Shown: positions 1-11,460 of the stretch, one piece after another
Numbering within the stretch: position 1 is the first letter of the stretch
Layout of the letters: the number at the start of each line of letters is the position of its first letter
From: Takakia lepidozioides
Lineage: Eukaryota > Plantae > Bryophyta
DNA length: 64,000 nt
Reading direction: 5' to 3'
Assembly (NCBI GenBank): GCA_030704615.1
Contig: CM060731.1
Location: forward strand, 8,556,001 to 8,620,000
Translations under genes and position numbers: made by a program
The notes under the pieces: model-generated
Database searches by the model: none
Told to the model about the DNA's origin: nothing
What the model saw: the letters and a program-made list of their open reading frames with translations, nothing else

Positions 1-126
1 GAAGACAGACCTGTAGACCCTACCAAATCATTTACTTATGGTAAGACCGTGACAAAGAAATGTAAACCCTGAATGAATCAGGCACGGAATGTACACTTTC
101 CAACAAGAAAATTGTAAGGAGCTTAC

Positions 127-1451
127 AGCCCGAGCTCTTCAACTGTGAGTTCATCATTGCGATACACTTCAATCTTGCACCCCAGGTCTCCCAAGTACTG
201 CAAGCAGATTACACATTGGTATGTCAAACAGCCAGTAAAAATATACACCTATACCCAGTTTATGAATAGTGGTAGACTACAAACATACTTGCCATGCAGG
301 CAACAGAGAGGAAGCAGAAAGAGTTCAAAATCAGCCAAACACCAGTCGAGATGCAGTTGGGTAGCAGTTCAGAATTTGGCTTCGATACAGAAATGAGGGC
401 CCAGTATGTCCAACTCAAGAGGCCATGCTCATCATCGAGGTACATGCCATTCTCATTATCCACCCCTATACTCCTCATGAATTACTGAGTAGGATACCAA
501 AGGAGCTGTAATGATACTAAGAAAAGATCCGATTATTGTGAACTGCATTGCAGAGATTTGGTTGGTAGGACAGGGGTACTGCTAAGTGGTATCTAATTCA
601 GACAGATGCGTTGATCCAAACCAAGGCTTTACAAACAAATGAAAGCATCCACAAAACATGACCATAGTTCAGGTGAGAGCACCATAACTACTACCAGGGA
701 GAACACAAGAGAAGAATGTCAGGAAAGACATAAGGTCCTCCTAATCTAAAGCCAATGCACCCTAAGCAACCATAAGAATGATGGGAGATGTACCACAGGA
801 AAGGGCAAGTAAGCAGGTAATGATGAACTCGAAAAGTGCCCTTCATTTGAAGGAAATCTTTGTTCGCCAATTTTCAAAGAGACTTATATGAGCGGTCTGC
901 GAATACCCTCTGACTTGGGCTACACACCTTCACCACAAAAAATAAAGAGAAGAAAAGGTCTACACAAAAATCCCAGTTTCCTTTCTACCATAAACAGAAA
1001 ACAATCAATCTCCAACATAAGCAAACACAACAACGTAATGTATCTAGAAACATACCTGGCAGAGGTTGTAAGTGAAGCTGTCGTAGTTATCAATGACCAC
1101 CACAGCCCCGTGTCCCTTTTGTTCCTGCTTACCCGCAGACACCCCTTTGTCGCTAGCTGCTACGTTCACCACTCCCCCGACACCCCGTTGCGTCTGTAGC
1201 AGAGACGCAAATCCTCCAAGCCCTGCAGGCCTGACTGCAAGCATCCATCCATCAAGCAAACACACCGTCAACACCCCCAACAACCAAAATTCGTGTAAGA
1301 AAGATGCACAAAGCATAGTACTGATGAGCATTCACAATGCCTTACCGGCAGCAGATTGCTTTACTGGCTGAGCAACCTTCGAGCCGCCACACAAACAAGT
1401 CACTTTCGTGGCTTTCGCAGCGCCCACAAGACCCATCAGTGCACCCGCCAT
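127..1451 (-). CDS. ASB: Anthranilate synthase beta subunit (glutamine amidotransferase), 5' exons; gene runs off the left edge
   Basis: Exons 1451-1346 (MAGALMGLVGAAK..., transit-peptide-like), 1234(or 1222)-1056 (...VVVIDNYDSFTYNLCQ) and 197-127 (YLGDLGCKIEVYRNDELTVEEL). GT-AG introns with consistent phases. IDNYDSFTYNL is the TrpG/PabA N-terminal signature. Confidence 0.9.
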
Positions 1452-1931
1452 CACCAATTCTCACAATCTCCCACACTTCCCTCAAGTGTCCCACCCGGTA
1501 CCTATCCGCAAGCATGTCCCTGGATGCTCACTTGAAGAATACTTTATACAACTCCGCTCCGCTCCTGCCGAGACGGCGCTATCAGGACCCATCTGTACAA
1601 CTTCACCTCCCGAGGAGATTTAATTATTCCATTGGTAATATGGTTTTTCTCGGGAAAGATGAAGAAAGATTTTACCTTCATGTTTCTCGTAAGTTGTGAC
1701 TATTGGTTCCGTGTTGCGAGCCTTCTGTATCTGAGAAATAAACCCGAGCCCATTATTACACAAGTTCAATTCCTCATCCTCTCTGATCTTCTTGGACCTC
1801 AATACAGAGAACTGTATTGACAACCTACCCATGAATGAAAGTGATGGAGCCTGGAGATTTGTTAGGCTGAATAAGGCTTTCTACACTCTGGCTCAACAGC
1901 ACTCCAGGTGCTTGGAGTCGACTTTGTCTGT

Positions 1932-2248
1932 GCCTATGTCCAGCTTGCATAGGGCGCAGCAAGGAAATTGAAACTGAAGAACACTTCTTCTTCTACTGCC
2001 CTCTATACTACGAGATCCGTGGGAGATTCCACTGTTTATTCAGTGGAACCCAAACTCTCACTGATGTCTTTCACTATGAGGATCAAAAATGCTTGGCAGC
2101 CTACCTACACGAGGCCTTCACCCTTAGACAATCGCTAGAACATTAATTGTGGTTTCTGGATTTGTTCCTCTCTCATGTTCTTCCATTTTGTCCCATAAGC
2201 TCTATGAGCTTTCCGCGGACGTTATAAAGCACCATTTCATTTCATTTC
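1932..2248 (+). mobile_element. LINE 3' end (5'-truncated) with (ATTTC)n tail
   Basis: Encodes the C-terminal zinc-knuckle region (LCPACIG..EIETEEHFFFYCPLY), then a 3' UTR ending in ATTTCATTTCATTTC. A highly similar copy lies inverted at 3010-3314. Confidence 0.8.
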
Positions 2249-2619
2249 TGTGGCATCCAAAAGAATCCTCCCTCTGTGGATTGTAAGAATATTGATTTAT
2301 TTTGCAGAATGACATTATTGTAATCTCTTGTTTACCTCTCTACCAATTCCGATTCGGACAGGGCAAAGAATGAAAGAAAGGAAAAAAAACTTCATATCTT
2401 TCTTGGAAGGCTATGCAAAGAGATAGAACTAAACAATGTCCACTACTGTATTGTTATTCATTAGCCTGTGCTTACGTGCTTACCATAGCACAGTACTAGA
2501 GACCATATGCCAATTTGCGCGGAGCAGATATATGTGGTCGGTGGAGACGAGGTCATGCTTTTTTCAAGGTTTTCAAACTAGCTTTGCATCTTTTACAGTT
2601 ACATGGTGTTTTTGCTCTT

Positions 2620-2860
2620 CGGGCTCTGGCAATGCAGTCTGTTGTCTTCAACTTTCAGATGGGCTGGATTATCTCTTTAAAAGCTTGGCTGCCTCAGAAG
2701 CATGGGCGTGCTTTCATGAGTTCAATCGGATTGATGTTGAGGTGCTGCCTGTGATAGCCCAACAGATTCTCACCATTCAGTGGGCCATAATGGACAATGT
2801 GACACATATTAAGTTCGAAGGGACATATCTGCCACTCATTCCAGCGTGCACATGCCATTT
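2620..2860 (+). pseudogene. Axonemal dynein heavy chain AAA1 exon relic
   Basis: [52 protein letters not shown]...FEGT matches the dynein AAA1 consensus VFNCSDGLDY..MGKFFKGLA.SGAWACFDEFNRI. It has a 1-nt frameshift at NCSD, a ~5-codon deletion and a Walker B D>H change. Confidence 0.85.
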
Positions 2861-3009
2861 CATCCTGTTCATGCAGGCGCTGACCTGCCTAACAATCTCA
2901 TGGCTCTCTCTGGACAGTTGCAATGATGGTTCCGAACTATATAGCATGTAGAACTTCAGCATTTGACCTAGAATAATAGGTCAAAAGGAGACCTTGTGCA
3001 GGTGACTCG

Positions 3010-3525
3010 TGAAATGAAATGGTGCAACGTCCTCATAGAGCTTATGGGACAAAATGGAAGAAAACATGAGAGAGGAAACAAAACCAGAACCCAAGAATAA
3101 GAACTAATGTTCTAGCGATTGTCTAAGGGTGAAGGCCTCGTGCAGGTAGGCTGCCAAGCATTTTTATCCTCATAGTGGAAGACTTCAGTGAGAGATTGGG
3201 TTCCACCGAATAAACAGTGGAAACTCCCAGGGATCTCGTAGTATAGAGGGCAGTAGAAGAAGTGTTCTTCAGTTTCAATTTCCTGGCTGCGCCCTATGCA
3301 AGCTGGACATAGGCGGTCCTCCCGTTGCAGGTTTTCCCATCTGCCAGTCTCTATCCGTAGGTTGTGGGAACCCACCCTGAACCGCCCCAATGCCCTCAGG
3401 AGGGAAGGAGATAAGGATGCTGAAAGGTAATTTGGCCTCAAGATTCTATCATCTTGGAGCACCAAAAATGTCTCTCGATAGAAGTGTAGCTTTGTCATGA
3501 GAAAGCCCAAACTGGGGAACGATCC
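3010..3525 (-). mobile_element. LINE 3' end, same family as 1932-2248
   Basis: RALGRFRVGSHNLRIETGRW...RLCPAC...ETEEHF..CPLY is the typical post-RT C-terminus of RTE/L2-like LINEs. Ends in an ATTTC-type tail at ~3011-3022. Confidence 0.8.
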
Positions 3526-3528
3526 ACT

Positions 3529-4445
3529 GTGGATTATATCATAGTGGACAAGAATATGTTTCCCCAGTGTGCCAATGTATTGATTGACAGAGCTGATATT
3601 GGTACCTCTGACCACTTTCTGGTTTGGACTGAGATCAAATGGTGTTTCCCCAACACCAACGGATCTGTGAAACGTTCAATTCCGAAGTGGCGCATAGAAA
3701 AATTCCAAACTGAAGAGGTCAAGGCTGAGTATGTCCAGGCCTTGCAAAAGGCTCTCTCTCACTTTGTCCATTCGATACAACATCTTCAGTCTTGCTCTGG
3801 TGATGCAAGAAATGAAATCGAAAGGGCGGTGGATTCTTGGAAGAGTTCTGACAACGTTTTCTGAAGAAACAGTAGAAAAAACTGTTTCTGTGATTCAAGA
3901 CAGCCCTGATGAACTGGAGTATATTTCAATGGGTTACGACGCTCCCATTAGTTCTTCTGAGATTGTGGAAGCAATTGACCATTTAAACAGATATACAGCT
4001 GGTGGCCTTGATGGCATAGTCAATGAGCTTATCAAGCATGGTGGCGACCCCATGATAGAGGCCCTTGTTTTTCTCTTTAATCTTATTGGAGAACCGAAAT
4101 GATCGAAAGGTGAAAGAGAAGAGCCCGGGAACTATGGAAGCATCACGCTTCTCAATGCAGTTGGCAAGATATTTTGTGGAGTTATAACTACTCGTGTCAA
4201 GGTTGATCTGGAGTCAAGGTTGTTTCCATGAAGGCCAAGCTGGCTTGTGGAGAAAGAGGGGCTGCGTCGATCAATCTTCACTCTAAGCCAGATTATCCAG
4301 AGAAGGAAAAAAGAAGGAAACCCACTTTTCTTTTTCTTGGATGTCAAAAAGTCGTATGACACTGTGGAGAGATGGTCTATGGCTCTGACTATGGTCATCT
4401 GGGATCAAGGGAAAGATGTGGAGAGTGGTCCATAACTTGTATGCT
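3529..4445 (+). mobile_element. Degenerate LINE ORF2 fragment (AP-endonuclease end plus RT N-terminus)
   Basis: DYIIV...SDHFLV (endonuclease end), AGGLDGIVNELIKHGG, NYGSITLLNAVGKIF and FFFLDVKKSYDTV (RT motifs), with several frameshifts. Confidence 0.8.
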
Positions 4446-5081
4446 CACACCAACCCTGCTGGATATCTGACTTAGAGGCTATAGTGTCCAAAGCCATGTC
4501 TGTTGCCAGGAAATTGTCTGATGCATATGACGTTAGGCAGAAAACTACCCTGAACTTGTTTCCAGTCTGTGTGACATGTGTGAGGCCATCATGGATGACC
4601 TCAAGGGTCTACCTACTGTCAGCACTAGACTGAAATTTGAACTGGGGCCGGGAAGTCTACCTTTGAACAGCAAACCACCACTGCTAAGGTAATAGGAGTA
4701 GTCATTGCCAGTTATCTCGAAATGAACGAGGAAGCTGTTAAAAATGCTGCAGTCGAGACTCCCGACTGAATAACGCCTTGTAGGTTTGAAATTTGCTCTG
4801 TGATGGTGGGGCAACACTTAGAAGCTGTGGCAAAAGGGTGTGAAATAGTCGGAAACCGAGTAGCTATGGCAACCGTATGCATGGCATCCATGTAGAGCTG
4901 GGGTGCTTGTGTGCTATTATGTGGATGGTATAACTTGAAGGTCCTCTGCATTCTCCGAACCGCACTGAAGGTTTGAACATTTCGCTACATAGCAAACATC
5001 CACATTCTAAAATCATTAACAGTGAGTATTGGGTAAGAGGGGGTGGGGAGGATTTCACATGGGCTTTCTAGTTGAGCCGAC

Positions 5082-8000
5082 TTATTGATGTCCTGTCCAC
5101 AGTCCAATGGCTCGATTGTGAATTTTCTCCAAAAGCGATGGAGCGATGAAGTTCCGAGCAGGCGGCCAGAGGAGGATGGTGGTCACCAGGGACGAAAATC
5201 CTAAACATAAACCTAAGAAGAAGCCAGGAACCGACACATCTTCCGAGAAAGTTAGCCGCTGTTTCTTGTGTGTAGGCAGCTCAGAACTATTACCAGCACT
5301 CGGGCACTTCTCCAGAGGGAATCCACAGAGCCCAGAGTTTCCCGGTCTGTACGAGGACTGGTTGAAGGAATTGAGCTGGGTGCTTTGAGGGATGTGACCG
5401 GAAAGGTTGTTGTTGGCCAGATTCAGAGCTGCTAGGTTAGTCAAGTTTGCAAAAGCTTCTGGAATCTCCCCGTCCAGATGATTACCAGACAGGTCCAATG
5501 ATGCTAATGGACCGATGCTAGCAAGCGTTGAAGGAATTTTTCCCATGAAATTGTTGCGGGAGAGATTCAAGTACGCAAGCTGTTGCAGGAGGCGTATGCC
5601 GGGGGGAATGACACTCTGAAATGCATTTCCTGACAGGTCGATGGAAGTGAGGATTGAGAAAACGGTCGTGTATTCAGACCACACCTTTGACAGTCAATTG
5701 CAAGTTCTGATCGTAGAGTGTGCTGACACCATCCTTTGATGCATTCAATGTCCTAGTCGAGTCTGTGATGTCGATGAAGCCAACCAAGTGGCTGAAGTCT
5801 CCGGCAAACCCTCCGGACATGTTGTTGTTTGAGAGGTCTAGCACTTGCAGCCTAGTAAGATTCCAAATCCATGGCGGAATGCAGCCCTCTAACTTGTTGC
5901 TTCCTAGCATGAGCACACGCAACTTGGGAAATGACGAAGTGCTGAAAGATGGCAACGGTCCGGTGAGCTCATTTCTGCTGAAATTGACCACTGTGAGGTT
6001 CACACATGCGGAAAGTGTTGAGGGAACTCTTCCCGTGAAGGCATTTCCAGAGACTGCCAATGTTTGAAGAGACCTGAGCCGGTCGAATTTGAAAACGAAG
6101 TCTCCTCCGAGGGAATTATTTCCAACTTCTAAGAGCTGCAAGTTAGTGCAATTCTCAAGAGTCGATGGTATACCACCAATGAGATGGTTGGCCGTGACGT
6201 CGAAGAATTCCAGAGTCAGACAACTTCCAAGACTCTCTGGGATTGTACCTGTCAAATTATTGTGAGAAAGCACCAACCTCTGCAGCATGCTCAACTTCCC
6301 TAGCTCCTGCGGAATGGGTCCGCCGAAAGTATTGTTTGAAAGAAGCAGTACAGTGAGATTGCGCATCATCCCCAAAGCTGATGGGATCAGCCCATCGAGT
6401 TTGTTGCTCCCTAAGGCGAGGGTTGACAAATTTCTGAGCACACCAAATTCTTGAGGAATGACTCCGGTCAGTTGATTGTTCTAGAGCAGAATCGACCTCA
6501 GATGCTCACACTTGGATAAAGACGCCGGTATGGTTCCAGTGTGACGGTTGTCGTTGAGGACAAGATACTGAAGCTGTGAGCAATTTCCTAGAGAATCGGG
6601 TATGGGTCCAGAAAGGTTGGTGTTGTGGACAACCAGATTGACCAAGATTTGTAGCCTGCCAAGCTCTGGAGGTATGCTCCCGGAAAGACTCGGATTAGTA
6701 TGAAGGTGAAGTTGCAGTAATTGTGTGCAATTTGCCAAAGACGCAGGAATTGAACCATTCAGGTTATTTCCATTCAGGTAGAAAATCGAGAGGCTCGATA
6801 TGTGTCCAATCTCCCTCGGTATAGGGCCCGTCAAAGTGTTGTTGTCGAACTGAAAGCTGCTACCCTGAGCGAGGTTCCCCAGCGACGGTGGAATGGACCC
6901 GGAAATGTTGTTGTTGGTAAGGAAGATGATAGAAAGCTTGGGGCAATTCCCAAGCTCTGACGGAATGGAGCCAGTCAGATTGTTGTTTTGCAATTGAAAC
7001 TGCTCAAGATACTGACATCCGCTTACGAATCCACGAGGAATCGACCCGGTTAACTGATTGCTGTTCAGTTTCAACTGCGACATGGCGCTGCAGTTCCTCA
7101 AAAATGCGATGTCTCCCGTCAATCCATTATTGTGGAGGAAGAGAATACTTAGCGTCTGCATCTTCCCAAACTCCACTGGTATGCTGCCCGTTAAGTTATT
7201 GAAACCAAAAACAAACCCGGTGAGCACACTGCAGTTACTTATCTCCGGAGGAATCTCTCCAGTGAGGTTGTTGCCACTTCCTGCAAAGTTACTGAGTTTG
7301 GAGCAGTTGCCGATGGTCGCGGGAATGGAACCTGTCAGCTGATTCGAATAGAAGTAAAATGTGTAAAGATCTGGGAGCTGACCAAACTCGGGAGGCAGCG
7401 TGCCAGTGAGCTCATTATTACCGACGTCAAATATGACAAGTTTTCTGCACATCGCGAGCTCTGCAGGGATTGTGCCTGTAAGCCTGTTGGAATATAGCTG
7501 CAAAATTGTTAGTCGACTACACTCTGAGAGCTCAGTAGGGATCGATCCTGTGAGATTATTCATTTCCAACTGCAGCACTTGGAGGCACTGGAGTCGCCCA
7601 AGCTCCGAGGGAATAGCGCCATGGAGACGATTGTCTATGAGTGTGAGATTTTTGAGGTACGTGAGGTTGGCAAGCTGAGGGCTGATCGTTCCTTGAAGCC
7701 ATTTGCTTGTCAAGTTGAGTGCAATCACTCGCTTCGTGAGCTTGTCGCATATCACGCCATTCCAGTTACACGAGTCAACATTTGAACTGTTCCAATTTTC
7801 AAACGGCCCATACAGGGCGCTTTTCACTTCTCGTCTAAATGCCAACAATGCTTCCATATCGGTTTTTCTGCTGTTTGACTGGGAGACTAGTTGATCAATC
7901 GACTTCTGCGAATATCGACCACCCCAAATTCTCCACCCTTTCTGCCCTACATCGGATTTATGAATAGTTTGCACTTTTTGGTGAGCTTCTGCACAATGTG

Positions 8001-8370
8001 AAATTTTGTCTTCGTTAACATGACAATTCCATGAACGGCTCAAATAGCGAAGAAAGGGCAAGATCTAGAAGCTACTAGACCAAGAGACACCACGAACTTG
8101 GTAAAGAGGTTCTAGTACTGCACCTTTGCGTTGAATTTTGGCCTCCATGGCGATGTTTTCCCCCTCAACGTCAGTACTTTCGCAGTTGTTCTTGCCAGCG
8201 AGATCAACATCGGGATAAAGGCAGCTCATGCTTTCTTCACCAGTAGCGGAAGAGTCATACAATGTCTTCACTGCTACAGTTGCTTGAAGAGAAACCACCT
8301 CTGATAGCATGAAGTACAACAGGGCCAATGCGGCTGATCTGTAGCTCAAACCCACCAAGGAACGCCTCAT
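5082..8370 (-). pseudogene. LRR receptor-like protein (LRR-RLP), disrupted
   Basis: Signal peptide from ATG 8370, LRRNT (DMEALLAF...CNWNGVIC), ~30 plant LRRs (LxxNxLTGxIP), island domain, final LRRs, GNSGLCGFPL cap, TM segment and short tail with no kinase. In-frame TAG stops at 8065-8067 and 6481-6483 and a frameshift near 5680. Confidence 0.88.
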
Positions 8371-9949
8371 CTTAATGTGCACTGCAGCTCCTCCTTCTGT
8401 CGAGATGATGGCTCTCGAACGAAGGCCTAATATTAACCTAGACGTCGCAATATGTTTGGCATCTCTGTCTGCCTTACGAACTCCAGTCAAACTCCATCAT
8501 GGAGATGTGAGAAAGCATAAATTCTGTGCAAGCTTGCGATGCCGGGCATGCACTCCTTACTAGCTACCTTTCTCACATCTGAGTCGTTTCTAGTTCCAGC
8601 CTCAATCATCCCCTGCTTCCCAACCCATGCCAATCCCTTCCTTCCGAACCTGAAACTCTGTAATGAATATCCAACCTCCGCTGCTTATAGATACTCACAA
8701 AGCAATGATAGAGGAGACACAGAGAGCGCGACCGGACGGACAATATGCCAATGTGTGGGTTTGTGCGCGTGAACTTTCGTTTTTTTTAAAGAAAGGGGAT
8801 GGAAGCCCTTAAACTGTACATCAAGGGGACAAAATTCCAGAGAATACAAAGAGGAAAAAGCGCGTGAACTAGTCACATACAGTCACTAATGCATTCAACG
8901 CTGCTGACGCGCCTCGCGAGTACATATCATTGTCGTCCTCTTCACAAAATTATGTGTGTACGGTCACACAAGAAATGGATTCTCATCCACATTTATGAAC
9001 TACGACTAGCGTAGTACAGCTCAAACACCCCGTGTTTTTGTGTTGATTCAGCGTGCAGGTGCCTGCTGCATCCCTGCTTCACTTTGCTTCCATTTCTTTG
9101 AACTTAGGTTGGGAATCTATTTATGATTCGGATGCATTAGGTGTCAGGGGAGGGGCAGCTGATGAGAAATAAGCACCCCTAAAAAATGAATATTCAGCGA
9201 AGAAGTAGGGGGCCTGCGCCCTGCCTGCATGGCCCCACCTGCAATCGCCACTTTTAGCCTACATTCAATTGTGGGACGCATGTACCATATGAAGCTTCTG
9301 GTTTTGTAGGAGAGTGCACTTGGAAGTATGTAGAGGGATCTGCAAATCTCCAACAACAACAAAAGGCTGCAGACTTATAGAACCAGCGGGGTTGCAAGAC
9401 GATTGTGAAAAGCGGGCAGGGCCGTCCAAAGGAAGATGCAACGAAAGAGACGAGTTCAGAGCGCTAACAAAGTCTATGCACTGTTAGGGCCCTATGTTAC
9501 AGAAATTCATTGGAGAGGAATGTTTGGCAAGGTTGTTTGTAGTAGAGAGTGGGACTCAATGTCGTATTTACATTTTTAAATGGTGATAAATCTCTTTGCC
9601 ACAAGTGTCATTCAGGTGAACAAGCGTATCAAGCCATTCATCAGTTGGGATCTCTATCCACCAACTGGCCATACTATCATGTGCAAAAAATTAAAACAAG
9701 ATGGCTTGCATATTTGGAAAGGGATGTTTAAACTGATGGGGACTTTGGGTATTGCACAGACAACCACATTTCCAATTTGTTTTATTGAAATGTCACTGCC
9801 AAAGAAATGGAGGAGGGGAAGGAACTCTATGCAATGTATGATTGCATCCTTGCAAAAAAGAGACATATATGGTAAGGTAAAATTAAATGTTTATAGTCTT
9901 ATTGGAGCATCCAAGATAACCTACAAATTTCAGAACTTTGTCACCATCA

Positions 9950-11460
9950 AGTGTTAAGCTGCACCACAACAAGAAGCTTGATAAATCTGAGCATCTAAGC
10001 AAATGTTGCAATACATTTCTTATCAGTTCGCCCTTGGCTGATGGCCTCTTGGAATTGAAATGTTGTAGGGCTGTACAAAATCTTGGGCAAACGTTCTCAC
10101 GCTAGTATTCAAGTTACCAGCCAATCGATTGCAAAGTTTGTCTTTGATGAATGCCAAGTCGAAAAATGCACGCTCATCCTCCACGCTCATCCTCCACGCT
10201 GTAAAATAGCCCTTTCAGCCAGCTTAAAAAATTTAGAGATCTTTGAAACCAGTACTGCACTGCTAGAGAGTTGCTGCAACAACTTGGTGACTAGATTGAC
10301 CTCACATGGATCAGCCATCACTTTTTTGGCTTGAGTTCTCATAGTCAACTTAAAGAGAGACTAATCGCCTAATCGCATGTCTAATCGCCAAAAGCTCTGT
10401 CACAGAACAACCCGAAGAAGCCTCATTGTTCACCAAGGTGTAATTTCTCTTCAAAACAGCCATGTGCAAGGGGAAAATGTCATCACTATCTGGCTGCAAC
10501 CAATACTGGGGATACACCACCCCAAGTGCGTTCATCACTTCATGATCAGGAAATCGCCTTTATAACTCCGAAATCAGAAGTTGTGCTGGCTCCTTGCACT
10601 ACAGCTTTACAGAGTTCACCACAATGTCAAAGTCCAATTGATTCACTGATTCTGCAAGGCCAGAGAGGGGAGCGTAAACACGTGGCTCGTGCAGGCTCAG
10701 TAGTGAAGACGTCATGTAACCATGTAACCACGTGGCTCAGCGGAGGTCATGTAACCATGTAACCATGTAAACCATGTAAACCACGTGTTGTTCAGCCGAG
10801 GTCCACGTGGCTCAGCGTCACACAATCTTGTGACCCAATCTTGTGAAATTCGACAGCTTGTATTGTCAACCACATCAGTGAAATCAGCAAATGAAAAGCT
10901 TGGAATGTCGTGGTTAAGTCAAAATACAACCTGTATAAATCATCTTGACAAATCTTGACTGCAGCAATGTAGTCACACACAAAGAGTGCAAACAAATTAC
11001 GGCAAATTCGGTTACATACATGGAAAGACTATTGCTTAAAGGACAACCGCATTTTAAAAGATTTTGTCACAACATCACGGCAAATTATGGAAGGAAAAGA
11101 AATGTACGCATTATATGGTGGTGCACAGCTCAAAAAATCGTGTGTGTTTAATGTCATCAAATATTTTCAAGAGAGCTTTTATCTATCACCTTCAGCTTCA
11201 CCAACGGTCTGGAAAACAATTAACACGTATAATCTTGGATTGTCTGTAAATCGACTAAATTTTATGCATTGGGTATGTTTTTGCGGAATGAAATGAATCT
11301 ACGCCACATGTGTAAAGCTCTATGGTGCACAATGTTGATGTTGAAAAAAATCAATATGGAAACATTGAAAGATATTTTATTCCATAATGAATATGTCAAC
11401 AAGGGTCCGATACTTGGACGAACCCTCATGTACAAAAGAACTGTTCCATCTGAATGTGGC
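9950..11460 (-). mobile_element. Highly degenerate hAT-like (ZNF862-type) transposase relic
   Basis: Fragments LFVCDYIAAVKICQDDLYRLY and MNALGVVYPQYWLQP..IFPLHMAVLK resemble hAT-derived sequences common in seed-free plants. Many stops. Recognised by pattern only. Confidence 0.45.
10677..10816. repeat. Short tandem array of CATGTAAC units and four CACGTG-containing motifs
   Basis: CACGTG at about 10679, 10729, 10782 and 10804, interleaved with repeated CATGTAA(A)C. Confidence 0.7.

Noticed and set aside
260-478. ORF MRSIGVDNENG... as the ASB exon after NLCQ
   Set aside because: The real next exon is 197-127 (YLGDLGC...YRNDELTVEEL), so this ORF is intronic.
5146-7894. Several plus-strand ORFs over the LRR gene
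   Set aside because: They are antisense shadows of repetitive LRR codons with no domain signal.
6481-8067. Rescue of the two TAG stops by U-to-C editing or a mini-intron
   Set aside because: Plant U-to-C editing is organellar, the only candidate intron near 8065 is ~33 nt, and a frameshift near 5680 would remain.
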